Positions 19,601-30,122 of a DNA stretch of 64,000 nt are shown here, in pieces (positions within the stretch are counted from its first letter, which is position 1; every line of letters starts with the position of its first letter). The stretch spans positions 32,001 through 96,000 of the IMG/VR virus record IMGVR_UViG_3300025889_000075. The stretch is one strand, 5' to 3'. Below the pieces are notes generated by a model. The model was not told the DNA's origin. It made no database searches and was given only the letters and a program-made list of their open reading frames with translations. The DNA is from a virus. The position numbers and the translations under genes are program-made.

Positions 19601-22466
19601 AGCATACAATGTTCCTTATACTCAGGTATTCGGTGACACTTACTGGGGTTCAAATGCTCTAACAGTAACTGCTACAACCACTACAACTACTCAAACGGTT
19701 CAGCGTGTTGTTAGTAACGAGACGATCAAAGAAGTAGTTGGTAATCGTGTTGTACAAACAGCATTTATTCCTTGGATGCGATCTCGTAAAGTTTACTTCA
19801 AGGCAGAAGGTTTGCGTCCAAATACTCAAATGTATGCATACTTTGATGAAAGATCAGTTGCTAATTGGGTAAGAACAGAAAGTTCTTTTGTTAACTATTC
19901 TGATACGACTGGCGATACCAATGATGTTAATGATCATGCTAATCTAACAGAGCATCCGGATGGTAAGACTACATTGTTTACTGACTCAAAGGGCGCGTTG
20001 ATCGGTTCATTCTTTATTCCTTGTAAGAGAATTGGTTCTGCTGCTGGTACGCCTTATAAGAATGACAATTCACCTGATTATCTTAGCGGAAATGCATTCA
20101 AGTCAGGAAATCGTTTATTCAAATTATTAGATACGCCTGTTAACAGTGCTAATAATGCATTATCTAAAGCACAAGCAATGTATTTTTCTTGGGGTACAGT
20201 TGAAACAAGACAAAGAGATATTCTATCAACTCGTGTAGTTGAGTATGTTGAATATGAAGAAACTACTGAAAATACTGTAACAAATACCAGTTATACCTAT
20301 GGATCAACAACAATCGACAATCTTTATGTTGAACCAGATCAAGGGATTAATTCTGGGATTGTAGATGTTGATCAAGGTGGTATCTATATTGGTAGTATCG
20401 AAGCAGGAGATTTTGGTTCTGTTTATGTTAGTACAAATGCTAACATTAGTTCTCAAGTAGATTTTGCTGCGATTGACGCGTCATATGTTAATTCAACAAC
20501 ACCTACTTCTGTTGAAGATCCAGTACAACCTGCAATCTTATCTGACGGTTATCTCGACGCAAACAGTCAAGACGGCGTTGATCCGATTGCTAGTGCTTCT
20601 TCTTATACAACTACAGTTTCCACTAATGATCTACTTATTGGCGCTAATACAGCAGTTCTGACTAATGCTGGCACCAGCTGGACTTCTGGTGGAACAAACA
20701 ATACTACAAATGATGGTTTGCAAACACCAACAACATATCAAAGCACGAACCCATCAACATCAACTCTTGTTGCTGCCTCTGCTTCTAGTGCTGACGCGAA
20801 TCAAAACTATCCTGCTTATTATACTGGATTTGATCAACTTCCACCGCAAAAGGTTGTTACTCAAGAAACTCCTGGATCGAGTGGAAGACTTGCGTATGTA
20901 GATCCTGTCGCACAAACTTTCTTGGTAACTCAACCTGAAGGTATGTTTTTAACTAAAGCAGATCTTTTCTTTGAAACAGTAGACGCAAGTATTCCAGTTA
21001 GGATTGAGATTAGACCAACTGTTAACGGCGTGCCCGATTCAATTCGAGTAGTTCCAGGAAGTCGTGTTACGGTTGCTGGAGCAGACGCAATTGGTATTGC
21101 TAGTGTTGTTTCTAATCCTACAATGGCTGATGTTTTGGCAAGACCAACAACGTTCACGTTTGAAGAACCGATTTATCTTGCTGGTAACACTGAGTATGCA
21201 ATAGTAGTAATTGCACCAAATACGATTAAATACAGAGTTTATGTTTCTGAAATGGAAAAATACGTTTTGGGATCAAACGAAAAACGTTGTATGAATTCAC
21301 AACTCGGGTCTTTCTTTAAGTCTCAAAACTCTATGCTTTGGGAACCATCACAAAGACTCGATATGTGCTATCGTTTATATCGCGCGAACTTCATTAAGGA
21401 CGGTCAACTCAGACTAGAAAACGCAGCAGTAGAAAGAAAGTTGTTGAGAAACAACCCAATTGAATTTACTTCTGGTAGTGCTGTAGTTAGAGTTAATCAT
21501 TCTTATCATGGTTTTATAGCAGGTGATACTGTCAATCTTGCTGGTCTTGATTCAGCAACTTCTTATGGCGGTATTACTGGCGCAAATATTATGGGCAACC
21601 GAACGATTGTAAAAGTTGATCATACGGGTTATACTTTTACTGCAGGTGGAACGGCGAATAGAACTACGATTAGTGGCGGTGAAACAGTTACTGCTACAAG
21701 AAATATGCAGTTTACTCAATGTACACCAAATGTAGATAATATTGTACCTCAAGCAACTTCATTAACAGTTGATGCTAGGTTTACCACTGGTAGATCAATG
21801 GCTGGTGCTGAGACAAGATTCTCCAAAGGGGTTTTTGCTAGAGTTCCTACAAAACTCGCTCGAGTATTTGATAATCCACACATGATTGCAAATGCTGCTC
21901 TAGAATCTTCTAATTTATCTGGTGCCAAATCAGCAGACCTTAATGTCAACTTTAAGACAAACAGTTCTTTCGTTTCTCCTGTGGTTGATCTTCAGAGAAC
22001 TTCTTTGACTGTTGTTCAAAACATGATTGATAATCAGGTGTCTTCTAGTGCTTCGGCGGGAGAAAATGTTCCGATTAATTATATCGCAGAAACTGATGCC
22101 AAGAGAGGATCTTCTCCAGCGAAACATGTTACAAAACCTGTAACACTTGTTGAAGATGCTACTGGTATTAAAACATTGTTAACTGCTAACGTTCCTCCTT
22201 CTGCTAGTTTTGAGGTTTACTATAGAACTACATTAGCAAACGGAACACCGATTGAAGACGTTGCTTGGACTTTACAGGCATCTGAGAATACATTACCAAA
22301 AGATACCAACCCAGATACGTTTAGAGAATATGAATATCTAATGGGTGGTACTGGCGGTACTTTGGCACCGTTTAATCAGTTCCAATTGAAGATTGTTATG
22401 AAGTCTTCTAATAACTGTAGAGTGCCAAAGATTCGTGACTTACGTGCTATTGCTATGGTGGATTAA
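16620..22466 (+). CDS. Large virion structural protein (DUF4815/VrlC-like)
   Basis: YHKVLF..GRALQARELNQMQSI, PGADRYRI, LAKRTYEESGDY.V, YTMKDI..IEK, KSGFFVDNF, DPVAQTF, PKIRDLRAIA. Confidence 0.85.
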   Translation: MPTNYNKNSFSSTYKDDWAKERGYHKVLFHGGRALQARELNQMQSIIQAEIARLGSNLFKDGALVNPGGASINNAYEYVRLNSAGGQPTVSHIGKTLTGATSGVKATVVQYVAPLPGGNDPATFYVQYTDDGNQTDTYKAIRFTEGEVLTSSGGAGSVTVESAGTDPRIYPVGPGCSITTTEGDFFISGHFVNVPGQQLILSKYSPAFTGEVGFRLVQDIVTTSDTTALYDNQGGSPNLSSPGADRYRIRLILTKKEHVTSTQTYVHLCSVQNGQITKIGTGTDYHKINDLLAKRTYEESGDYTVKPFKINFEYVDSAITDAYSLNVSPGVAYVRGYRAESPGNVKLWIPKPTTTETVTDEYVPLSYRQYVLVNGTAADGNRGLPSLYSTVNLYAGAGGTSTVIGTAAIRQIEADGDNYRLHLINLSGASLTSGTGFRDVLSVGTGTTDYFNVVQTNSESKIIGDNYRQFVFPLPRQRPSSFGTGNSGNTDIVFTTQRLFSGTSNGSGQLTVSVSATGESLTDTTSWIVSSADSAVRSYSVSGTSTSQTLTGLLPTTAYEVLAYVQKGNGLQKDKTLTSTTSTGTIAADSDHYLGQPDVFDITSIKDSANGVDISNNFVLNRQIFDAYYGESRLDNLTGYAGPVYAAFRYFARGGSGDFYSVNSYSGIDYGKIPFHKFRHMPDMNARDFIDFRPDYVNGSYSNTFDPPKQGTNILSPVSYYLPRADKLVLGTDGILQYIRGIPAKVPSFKKTPDESLELYKIIMNGNTVSTKDMKVTPIEHKHYTMKDINAIEKKLDRLEEVVSLSLLEVETKNLNILDGSGNVRTKSGFFVDNFSDHALSDTRSPEYRAAIDPISKLVRPSFNRENIRLIKNSGQSRGIKFIGDVAILDYNQILWNEGSNEIASQSEPVNPFIVPNFTGQLTLSPASDDWKVTEFEPDKVIDGGTRLDQVEATVWNEEEWGWAGTPVDEYDVGAELSRTTTGTSVGDPAVIAEAYNVPYTQVFGDTYWGSNALTVTATTTTTTQTVQRVVSNETIKEVVGNRVVQTAFIPWMRSRKVYFKAEGLRPNTQMYAYFDERSVANWVRTESSFVNYSDTTGDTNDVNDHANLTEHPDGKTTLFTDSKGALIGSFFIPCKRIGSAAGTPYKNDNSPDYLSGNAFKSGNRLFKLLDTPVNSANNALSKAQAMYFSWGTVETRQRDILSTRVVEYVEYEETTENTVTNTSYTYGSTTIDNLYVEPDQGINSGIVDVDQGGIYIGSIEAGDFGSVYVSTNANISSQVDFAAIDASYVNSTTPTSVEDPVQPAILSDGYLDANSQDGVDPIASASSYTTTVSTNDLLIGANTAVLTNAGTSWTSGGTNNTTNDGLQTPTTYQSTNPSTSTLVAASASSADANQNYPAYYTGFDQLPPQKVVTQETPGSSGRLAYVDPVAQTFLVTQPEGMFLTKADLFFETVDASIPVRIEIRPTVNGVPDSIRVVPGSRVTVAGADAIGIASVVSNPTMADVLARPTTFTFEEPIYLAGNTEYAIVVIAPNTIKYRVYVSEMEKYVLGSNEKRCMNSQLGSFFKSQNSMLWEPSQRLDMCYRLYRANFIKDGQLRLENAAVERKLLRNNPIEFTSGSAVVRVNHSYHGFIAGDTVNLAGLDSATSYGGITGANIMGNRTIVKVDHTGYTFTAGGTANRTTISGGETVTATRNMQFTQCTPNVDNIVPQATSLTVDARFTTGRSMAGAETRFSKGVFARVPTKLARVFDNPHMIANAALESSNLSGAKSADLNVNFKTNSSFVSPVVDLQRTSLTVVQNMIDNQVSSSASAGENVPINYIAETDAKRGSSPAKHVTKPVTLVEDATGIKTLLTANVPPSASFEVYYRTTLANGTPIEDVAWTLQASENTLPKDTNPDTFREYEYLMGGTGGTLAPFNQFQLKIVMKSSNNCRVPKIRDLRAIAMVD

Positions 22467-22690
22467 TGAAATTACTTAAAATTGAAGACACAACTTCTTT
22501 CGCTAAAGATGCAGAAACGGGTGCAGTAGTCTCTATAAATAGAAATGATGCCGCGCTCGCGCGCGAGCGAAAGGAAAAAAGAAAACTCGAGCAGTTACAA
22601 CAAGAAGAACTCAACGATAAGGTTAAATCGTTAGAAACTAAAGTTGATCTGATTCAAGAAATGTTAACTAAGATATTAGAGAAAGTATAA
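22466..22690 (+). CDS. Small coiled-coil hypothetical protein
   Basis: Coupled on both sides by TAATG overlaps; KDAETGAVV motif and coiled-coil tail. Confidence 0.7.
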   Translation: MKLLKIEDTTSFAKDAETGAVVSINRNDAALARERKEKRKLEQLQQEELNDKVKSLETKVDLIQEMLTKILEKV

Positions 22691-25260
22691 TGGCAGACCC
22701 TTACGGATACGGTAGACCAACAGATGTCGCATTAACTGATAGCATTAATACTTTTCGTAGAAAGGTTAATCAGATCGGCAACGATATTGGTAATAAATTA
22801 CGATTGGATTCTGGTGCAGATCCTCTTTGGGGATATGTTCCATCATTCCATAGTGATTCAGATCTAGTTGGCGCTCTTTTAGAACTTGATTATCGTATTC
22901 GAGAGCAAGACTCTGACCTTTATTTAAGAACAGATGGTGGCGACCTCTTTATCGTTAATGGGAAAAAAGGTAATGCTATCCACATGCAACTCACGTGGGA
23001 TAGTGCTGCTAATACTGTTGAACTCGATTTTCCTCGTCACACAGTTACTGTAGACGCCGCTGGGGATATTATTCTAGACGCAGACAATGGTAACATTATA
23101 TTCAAAGACGGTGGCACAGAGGACTACAAGTTTGCTACGGACGGTACAATCTCTCGTACTGGGGATTTAACAGTAGATGTAACTGGTAATATTGTTTTAG
23201 ACGCTGATGGTGCAAACATCGACTTTAAAGATGGTGGTGTTGCTCGTATCGAATACGGTCTTGGCGCTACTAATACAATAGCAACCACAGGTAATTTAGC
23301 GGAAACAGTTTCCGGAAATCAAACAACAGATGTTGTTGGATCGATTAAGGATTCCGCTGGTACAACGCACACAATTGTTGCTAAAACCGCTATTGCTCAA
23401 ACTTCAGGCACAACGTTTACCCAAACGTCAGGTGGCAATTTCACTACAAATGTTACAGGTAATGTTTTAATTGACGCCAGCGGCGATATCGTTTTAGATG
23501 CTGATGGCGCAGATATTGATTTTAAAGACGGTGGAACTACTCGTTTTGCATATGGTATGGGTGCCACAAATACATTAGACGTTACTGGTAATTTATCTGA
23601 AACTGTTTCGGGGAATCAAACTACAGATGTCACAGGATCAATCAAAGACTCCGCAGGAACGACGCACACAATTGTTGCAGGAACAGCAATTGTTCAGACA
23701 TCAGGTACAACAACTACGCTTACAGTTGGAAGCAACCACACTGTTAGCGTTGGTGGCAATTCTATTTCCACTGTTACTGGGAATTATACTAATGACGTAA
23801 CTGGATCGATTAAAGATTCTGCGGGCACTTCTCATACAACTGTTGCTGGTACTACAATTGCTCAAACTTCTGGGACAACATTCACACAAACTTCTGGCGG
23901 GAATTTCACCACGAATGTTACTGGAGAATATTTGGTTGATGCTTCTGGTGATATTACTTTAGATGCAAATGGTGGCAACATCTATCTGAAGGATGATGTA
24001 ACACAATTTGGCTCTCTCGCAAATACTGGTGGTGGCAATATTATAATTAAATCAGGCACCTCTACTGTTATGACTGGTAGTGGTGAAAACGCCACATTTA
24101 ATAATAATGTTGACATCGACAACGACCTTACTGTAGATCGAGATGCTCAGGTAACTCGTAATTTAAATGTAGATGGTATAACCACGCTTGATAGTACAAC
24201 AATCGATGGTTCCTTACTTGTTAATGATAGTGCATACATTACCGGTAACTTAGATGTTGGTGGAAATGTAACAGTAACAGGAAGCACTGTTCTTAACGGT
24301 CATGTTGATCTTGGTGACGGAATTGGAGATAATATTTCTATCGTAGGTAGAGTTGATACTAGTATTATTCCTGACGCCGACGGTTCATTAGATCTCGGTA
24401 GTTCTTCTTTAGAATGGCGTAATTTGTATATTGATGGAACTGCCAACATAGACTCATTAGTCGCTGACACTGCAGATATTAATGGTGGAACAATTGATGG
24501 AACTTCAATCGGTAGCAGCAGTCGATCAACTGGTTATTTTACTAATGTAGACGCTAATGGAATTACTACTCTTGATTCTACAACTATCGATGGTTCATTA
24601 ACTGTTAATGATAGCGCGTATGTAACTGGTAATCTGAACATTGGCGGTAACGTTGATATTGCTGGTACGCTAACAGTTGATGGCGTAGTTAATTTCAAAG
24701 CTGGAACAAACGGGTCGGTCACTCTCGGTGATGGAAACACAGACAACGTTGTGTTTAATGCTGATGTTAATTCACACATCATACCGAATACAGATAATAC
24801 CTATGATCTAGGTTCTAGCAGTCAAGAATGGCGTAATTTGTATGTTGATGGAATTGCTAACATTGATTCTTTGGTTGCTGATACTGCAGATATAAACGCT
24901 GGAACAATTGATGGAACTTCAATCGGCGCTAGTTCAGCGTCCACCGGTAACTTTACTACACTTAATGCTAGTGGAATTACTACTCTTGATTCTACAACTA
25001 TCGATGGTTCATTAGATCTAAACGGCGCTGCTGATATATCGGGTAATGTTGTTACTGGTGGAACATTAGTAACTGGAACATCATTAACTACTACAGCGAC
25101 TGATCATGCTGCTGCTATTAACGAATTAGATTCTGATATTGGTATAATTGCTAATATGACAACCACTACCAAGTTAAGTGTTATCGCTGCTATCAATGAA
25201 CTAAATAGTAGAATAATAGACGTTTATGACTCTGCTGGCACATTATTGAATCCAGCATAA
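22690..25260 (+). CDS. Tail fibre-like beta-repeat protein
   Basis: N-terminal LTDSINTFR.K.N; repeats GDIxLDAD..NI.FKDGG and GSIKDSAGTxHT; two IIPxxDxxxDLGSSSxEWRNLY modules; C-terminal AAINEL twice. Confidence 0.75.
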   Translation: MADPYGYGRPTDVALTDSINTFRRKVNQIGNDIGNKLRLDSGADPLWGYVPSFHSDSDLVGALLELDYRIREQDSDLYLRTDGGDLFIVNGKKGNAIHMQLTWDSAANTVELDFPRHTVTVDAAGDIILDADNGNIIFKDGGTEDYKFATDGTISRTGDLTVDVTGNIVLDADGANIDFKDGGVARIEYGLGATNTIATTGNLAETVSGNQTTDVVGSIKDSAGTTHTIVAKTAIAQTSGTTFTQTSGGNFTTNVTGNVLIDASGDIVLDADGADIDFKDGGTTRFAYGMGATNTLDVTGNLSETVSGNQTTDVTGSIKDSAGTTHTIVAGTAIVQTSGTTTTLTVGSNHTVSVGGNSISTVTGNYTNDVTGSIKDSAGTSHTTVAGTTIAQTSGTTFTQTSGGNFTTNVTGEYLVDASGDITLDANGGNIYLKDDVTQFGSLANTGGGNIIIKSGTSTVMTGSGENATFNNNVDIDNDLTVDRDAQVTRNLNVDGITTLDSTTIDGSLLVNDSAYITGNLDVGGNVTVTGSTVLNGHVDLGDGIGDNISIVGRVDTSIIPDADGSLDLGSSSLEWRNLYIDGTANIDSLVADTADINGGTIDGTSIGSSSRSTGYFTNVDANGITTLDSTTIDGSLTVNDSAYVTGNLNIGGNVDIAGTLTVDGVVNFKAGTNGSVTLGDGNTDNVVFNADVNSHIIPNTDNTYDLGSSSQEWRNLYVDGIANIDSLVADTADINAGTIDGTSIGASSASTGNFTTLNASGITTLDSTTIDGSLDLNGAADISGNVVTGGTLVTGTSLTTTATDHAAAINELDSDIGIIANMTTTTKLSVIAAINELNSRIIDVYDSAGTLLNPA

Positions 25261-25273
25261 TTTGGAGTAAATA

Positions 25274-28200
25274 ATGGGTCGAGCATCCACCCCACTCAAA
25301 GTACTGTCGAATGGCGACCTAAGAGCGTTCACTGAAGAAGAAGAACGCTACCTTGCCTATGCAGCAGGTGTTCATGTATCACTGTTAGATAGTGATCAAG
25401 CTGGTGGTATTACTAGAGAACAAGATGGTGTAAATAATTTATCTCTCGGTCCTTTCATTGATTCAAAATACGATCAAGCAGTCGGCGCACATGTTAATCT
25501 TTCAAGTTCAACATCACAATATCCTTATTGGATTAAAGCAGGAACGCTCGACAAAACGAGCGAATCTTTTAGAAATTTAATTTCATGGGATTATTCTCTT
25601 AATGCCATAAAAGAAATGAACAATAACGACTTAACAGTATTAGGTCGTCGACTTTCTAAAACAATAGCACAAAATGAATACCCTGGATCTTATAGGATAG
25701 GATCTTCTAGTCCTGGATCTGATTGGACGATTTATAAACAAAATGCTTTCACTGACACCCGAACAGACGGAACTGCAACAAATTATAATATTTACATAAG
25801 AACAACTGGACAAACGTCTAATCCTCATTCAGGAAGAGTTTTACCCTCCGCGCTTAAACGGTCTTCAGGTGGATCAGGAACGTACCAAGGGTTTGAAAGA
25901 TTTTCTGATCAACAATTAAGTTATACATTGGGAGAAAAGGTAAAAGAACTTATTGCTGGTGGTGATATCGGTACGGTTCTTTTGCGTTCGACTGCTGATG
26001 GTGCTCCTTCATCAGGAACATGGGTTGCAAGAGGTTACGCTACCGATACAAGGCAAGAAGTTGGAGATACAGATTTCGTATCAACAAGTACGCCAACTTA
26101 TGTTGGAAATTTCCAAGCAGAATACCTCGGAGATTTCCAGGCAGAATATGCTTTAGAGGTCACATATGTAACAACCAGTTCAGGTATTATAACTCGAGAA
26201 TACAGTGGCGATTATACTGGTAATTTTGCGGGAGATTATACAACAGAATTTTTGGGTTCTCAGGGATATACTAATGATTTCGTTAGTTCATCAGAAATAT
26301 CATATACAAACGTATTCGTAGCAGATTTCGTTGGTTCAGCAGTAAAAGAGAAAAATGTAACCGAATCATATACTGGTGATTTTCTTGCTGATTTTATAGG
26401 AGATTATTTAGGTTCGACCAATAGAACCTCAGATTATACTGGAGATTTTTCTGGACAATTTACTGGAAATTATCTTGGCGACTTCCTATCATCAACTACT
26501 TTTGCGAGAACACGAACACAAACAGCATTAGAAAATTATACTGGCGATTTCCTTGGGAATTACACAGGATCAATAAATTACCTTGGATCAAATTCTGTTA
26601 GTTATATTGCAGACTATGTTAAAGTTTATATCGGAGATTTTCTATCGTCAGCCAATTTTACTAGCACAAGAGTAACTTATGCAGAAAATGAAGTCATTGA
26701 AGAATATACTGGTGATTTCATTGGTGATTACATAGGATCTATAAATGTTCTAAAAGATAACAGTGTAGGATATATTGCTGATTACATTGGTGATTATATT
26801 GGTGATTTTATAGGATCATTAAATGTTCAGAGAGATACCAGCGTAACTGATGAATCTGTTATGAGTTCAGCCAATATTACAGTACCTAGCGCAAATTATT
26901 TAAATTACGTTGGTGATTACATTGGTTCTGTTGATGATCATCCTTACACTATAACTTACATTGGTGATTTTTTAACGTCAACCGATTATACTAACACAAC
27001 ACAACACGTAACAAGCGTGAATTATATCGGCGCTGGTTCAACACAAGATGATGGAACCAAAGGGTATATTGGTGATTTCATTGGTGATTATATTGGACCG
27101 GATAACAAGTATCATATTAAAACTTTTGTTGAAGGGTACTTGAATTACGTTGGTGATTACATAGGATCAGTCGGTAAATCTTATATTGGAACGCCAAGTA
27201 CAGATTATGCTAACTACATAGGCGATCCTTACGTTGCTAATTTCGTTGGTCAAACTACTTATACTGGGACTAGCTATACTGTATTATCTCCTCAAATAAT
27301 TGGTGTCGGCGCGCAAGTTAATGGCACCGGATGGGGTGATGGATCAACTTACATTAATTCACAAACAGCTCAGTCTTCTATAAGCGTACCAATTCAGCTT
27401 CAAATTGCAATTTCTGGAACTACTAGTCCAGTTGCAGGCGTCCCAGGAAACACATATAAATGTACTTTTAATTCTTCAGCGTCCAGTGGTGTTACTGTCC
27501 TAGGTATGACACCCAACAGTAATATATCACCGAATAGATTTAATACGCTTGATTCATGGACAATCAACGGAAACCAAAGCGTTTATTTTCCTCAAGCGAA
27601 TTCGATTTATACCTTTCCTGGAATATCTTATGTAAACGTTAATATAATACTCAATTCTGAAGGTTCGGGAAAACTTGTTTTAAATGTTACCAATTCTACT
27701 GGTAGTACAATTTATAGAAAATCACAATTAAATACAAATGGAACTGCTCCATCTGTGTATAGTACGCAAAACTATACTCCTGATTTTCAGGCTGATTTAA
27801 CATATACTCCAAATTATTTGGGAACAAGTCAAATTAATTATCTTAATGATTTTGTAGAAGGATATGTACCATATCATAGTCCATTTCTTGGTAGTGCTGT
27901 AGATTATTCAGAACAGGGACCGTATGCACATGCATATACGCCAGATTACATTACTGGATATACTGGTTCTACCAGCGTAGATTATCTTGGATCATTAACT
28001 GTTCAGACAAACAACAGCGTAACATACACATCAGATTATCAAGTTAATTATCTTGGTGATTATACTGGACAGGTGGAGTATACTGGTGATTTCGTGGCGA
28101 ACTATACTGAACCGTTCATTCACAATTACATTGGTGATTTTATAACGTCAACTTCATATGAAAGTATAGCGGAGGAGAATTATATACGTTATGCGAATCC

Positions 28201-28969
28201 TTATATCTTTACTTATGTGGGTGATTTTTTAACGTCAACCGAATATAGTATCACAAGGGTAACTATAGACTATGAACCATATACTGGTGATTTTCTTGGG
28301 GATTACACAGGATCTGTAACAAGAAACACATCAACCAGCGTCAATTATCAAAATTATTTAGAACCATATATCGTTAATTATGTTGGCGACTTTTTATCAT
28401 CAACTACTTTTACTAGTACGAAAATACCCGATGCTTTTGTGGGTGATTATTTGGGTGACTTCGTTGGGGATTATACTGGATCAATTCAATATGTTGGTAC
28501 AGCATTAGAAGATTATGCTGCAGAATATCTTAATACCTTTGTTGCTGACTACATAAGCAGTGCAGAGCAACAAAAAAATAGAACCAGTACAACAACCGAT
28601 GGATTTACTGGTGATTATATCGGAGGTTTTCTAGGATCTGTCAATAGTACGGTATCTGTATCAAAATCATTTGCAGGAACATACACAGGAAATTATACTT
28701 CAGACTATGTTAGTTCTGCTCAATACACAGAAACATATACGACTGATTCAACTGATAATTTTGTTACTGCATATACTGGAGATTTCGGCGCTGCTTATAC
28801 GGGAGATTATACAGGGTCATTAATTTACACGACGCTATATACTTCTGAAAGCACAGAAGATTATGCTTCAACTAGCACTGCAAGTTATACTGGGGAATTT
28901 GCGGCAACAACAATTTTACAAACAAATGAAGTGGTTGAAACTTATACATTATACGTGAGGATAGCATGA
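25274..28969 (+). CDS. Repeat-rich putative virion protein with [YF]xG[DN] tetrapeptide repeats
   Basis: 1231-aa ORF, SD GGAG; dozens of YTGDF/YIGDY/FLGN units flanking a non-repetitive centre. Confidence 0.7.
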   Translation: MGRASTPLKVLSNGDLRAFTEEEERYLAYAAGVHVSLLDSDQAGGITREQDGVNNLSLGPFIDSKYDQAVGAHVNLSSSTSQYPYWIKAGTLDKTSESFRNLISWDYSLNAIKEMNNNDLTVLGRRLSKTIAQNEYPGSYRIGSSSPGSDWTIYKQNAFTDTRTDGTATNYNIYIRTTGQTSNPHSGRVLPSALKRSSGGSGTYQGFERFSDQQLSYTLGEKVKELIAGGDIGTVLLRSTADGAPSSGTWVARGYATDTRQEVGDTDFVSTSTPTYVGNFQAEYLGDFQAEYALEVTYVTTSSGIITREYSGDYTGNFAGDYTTEFLGSQGYTNDFVSSSEISYTNVFVADFVGSAVKEKNVTESYTGDFLADFIGDYLGSTNRTSDYTGDFSGQFTGNYLGDFLSSTTFARTRTQTALENYTGDFLGNYTGSINYLGSNSVSYIADYVKVYIGDFLSSANFTSTRVTYAENEVIEEYTGDFIGDYIGSINVLKDNSVGYIADYIGDYIGDFIGSLNVQRDTSVTDESVMSSANITVPSANYLNYVGDYIGSVDDHPYTITYIGDFLTSTDYTNTTQHVTSVNYIGAGSTQDDGTKGYIGDFIGDYIGPDNKYHIKTFVEGYLNYVGDYIGSVGKSYIGTPSTDYANYIGDPYVANFVGQTTYTGTSYTVLSPQIIGVGAQVNGTGWGDGSTYINSQTAQSSISVPIQLQIAISGTTSPVAGVPGNTYKCTFNSSASSGVTVLGMTPNSNISPNRFNTLDSWTINGNQSVYFPQANSIYTFPGISYVNVNIILNSEGSGKLVLNVTNSTGSTIYRKSQLNTNGTAPSVYSTQNYTPDFQADLTYTPNYLGTSQINYLNDFVEGYVPYHSPFLGSAVDYSEQGPYAHAYTPDYITGYTGSTSVDYLGSLTVQTNNSVTYTSDYQVNYLGDYTGQVEYTGDFVANYTEPFIHNYIGDFITSTSYESIAEENYIRYANPYIFTYVGDFLTSTEYSITRVTIDYEPYTGDFLGDYTGSVTRNTSTSVNYQNYLEPYIVNYVGDFLSSTTFTSTKIPDAFVGDYLGDFVGDYTGSIQYVGTALEDYAAEYLNTFVADYISSAEQQKNRTSTTTDGFTGDYIGGFLGSVNSTVSVSKSFAGTYTGNYTSDYVSSAQYTETYTTDSTDNFVTAYTGDFGAAYTGDYTGSLIYTTLYTSESTEDYASTSTASYTGEFAATTILQTNEVVETYTLYVRIA

Positions 28970-29409
28970 ATGAATTATATTTGCCTAATGCATTTTGGAC
29001 TAATTGGGAAAAGAAAGGTGAAGACAAGTCGAGTATAACTGCTTTAAAAAGAATTGATTCCAATTCAACAATTCAAATTACAACGAACGAAGGTCAAGAA
29101 GATTATAACAATTTGATTTCTCAATTATCTTTGAGTAAAATAACTGAGAACACTGTTATACGTTTTAATAAGAAACAAAGGGAAAAGGCAGAAAAAGATC
29201 TTATTAAAGAACAAAGAGATAAATCTAAAATGCTTGAAGAACTTTTTTCTTTTAAACTTAAAGTATTTGAAACAGAATCGGTTAAAAATTCTGAGAATAA
29301 AAAAATTAAGTCTAAGATCAGAAAAGCAAAGTCTCAAATAGAAGCACAAGCATTAACTACATTATTGATTGGCATTGAAGAAGGTATTATTGATGAGCGA
29401 GCTAACTAA
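28966..29409 (+). CDS. Hypothetical Lys-rich helical protein
   Basis: ATGA overlap with the upstream gene, SD GAGG; no recognisable motif. Confidence 0.65.
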   Translation: MNELYLPNAFWTNWEKKGEDKSSITALKRIDSNSTIQITTNEGQEDYNNLISQLSLSKITENTVIRFNKKQREKAEKDLIKEQRDKSKMLEELFSFKLKVFETESVKNSENKKIKSKIRKAKSQIEAQALTTLLIGIEEGIIDERAN

Positions 29410-30121
29410 AGGTTACATTGTTATTGCATCGAATAAGAAATTTTTTTACAAATCTGGTCTTTATTTGATAGAATCAATTAAAGATTATTACCCAGAAGCA
29501 AAATGTTGCTTGGTTACAGAAGAAAGATTTCTTGATGGAAATGAAAGTATAGTTGATGATCTTTTATTATGTGATGATCATTTGCGCGCGAAAATGGACG
29601 GCATGGCGAGATCCCCATATGATCTAACATTTTACATTGACGCTGATTGTGAAGTTGTACATGAAGACATAGCAAATGTTTTTGATGAGTTGGGTGATTA
29701 TGATGTGATGTTTACTGAATTGACCGACGATAGGAAATACTGTTTTAAAGAAGTTCATTTTCCTGCTGGTCAATTAAGACTTTGTGGTGGTGTTTGTTTA
29801 TATGATTTAAGTAGACCGATCGTTAAAGAATTTATGAAAGATTGGTATGATTTAACGGTCAAACAATATGCTAAACTTTGGTGGCCGACAAAAGAAAATG
29901 GCGAATATGATTATGATAATTATCCTAAAACATTAGCAAGATGGGATCAGTTTAGTCTTTGGTGGTTAGTTAATAAAGAACCAAAGTATAAAGATTTGAA
30001 AGTTGGTATTTTTGACGATGATGCTAGATGGAATCACTACTCAAAATATAAAATGCAACATTGTAGAAAACCAATTGTTATTAATCATTATTCGGATAGC
30101 AGCGTAAAAAAATCAGTTTAA
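29393..30121 (+). CDS. GT-A fold glycosyltransferase-like protein
   Basis: GYIVIAS, RAK..MARSPYDLTFYIDAD (DxD), GGVCLY, DQFSLW, WN, INHY. Start placed at ATG 29393. Confidence 0.72.
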   Translation: MSELTKGYIVIASNKKFFYKSGLYLIESIKDYYPEAKCCLVTEERFLDGNESIVDDLLLCDDHLRAKMDGMARSPYDLTFYIDADCEVVHEDIANVFDELGDYDVMFTELTDDRKYCFKEVHFPAGQLRLCGGVCLYDLSRPIVKEFMKDWYDLTVKQYAKLWWPTKENGEYDYDNYPKTLARWDQFSLWWLVNKEPKYKDLKVGIFDDDARWNHYSKYKMQHCRKPIVINHYSDSSVKKSV

Positions 30122-30122
30122 T

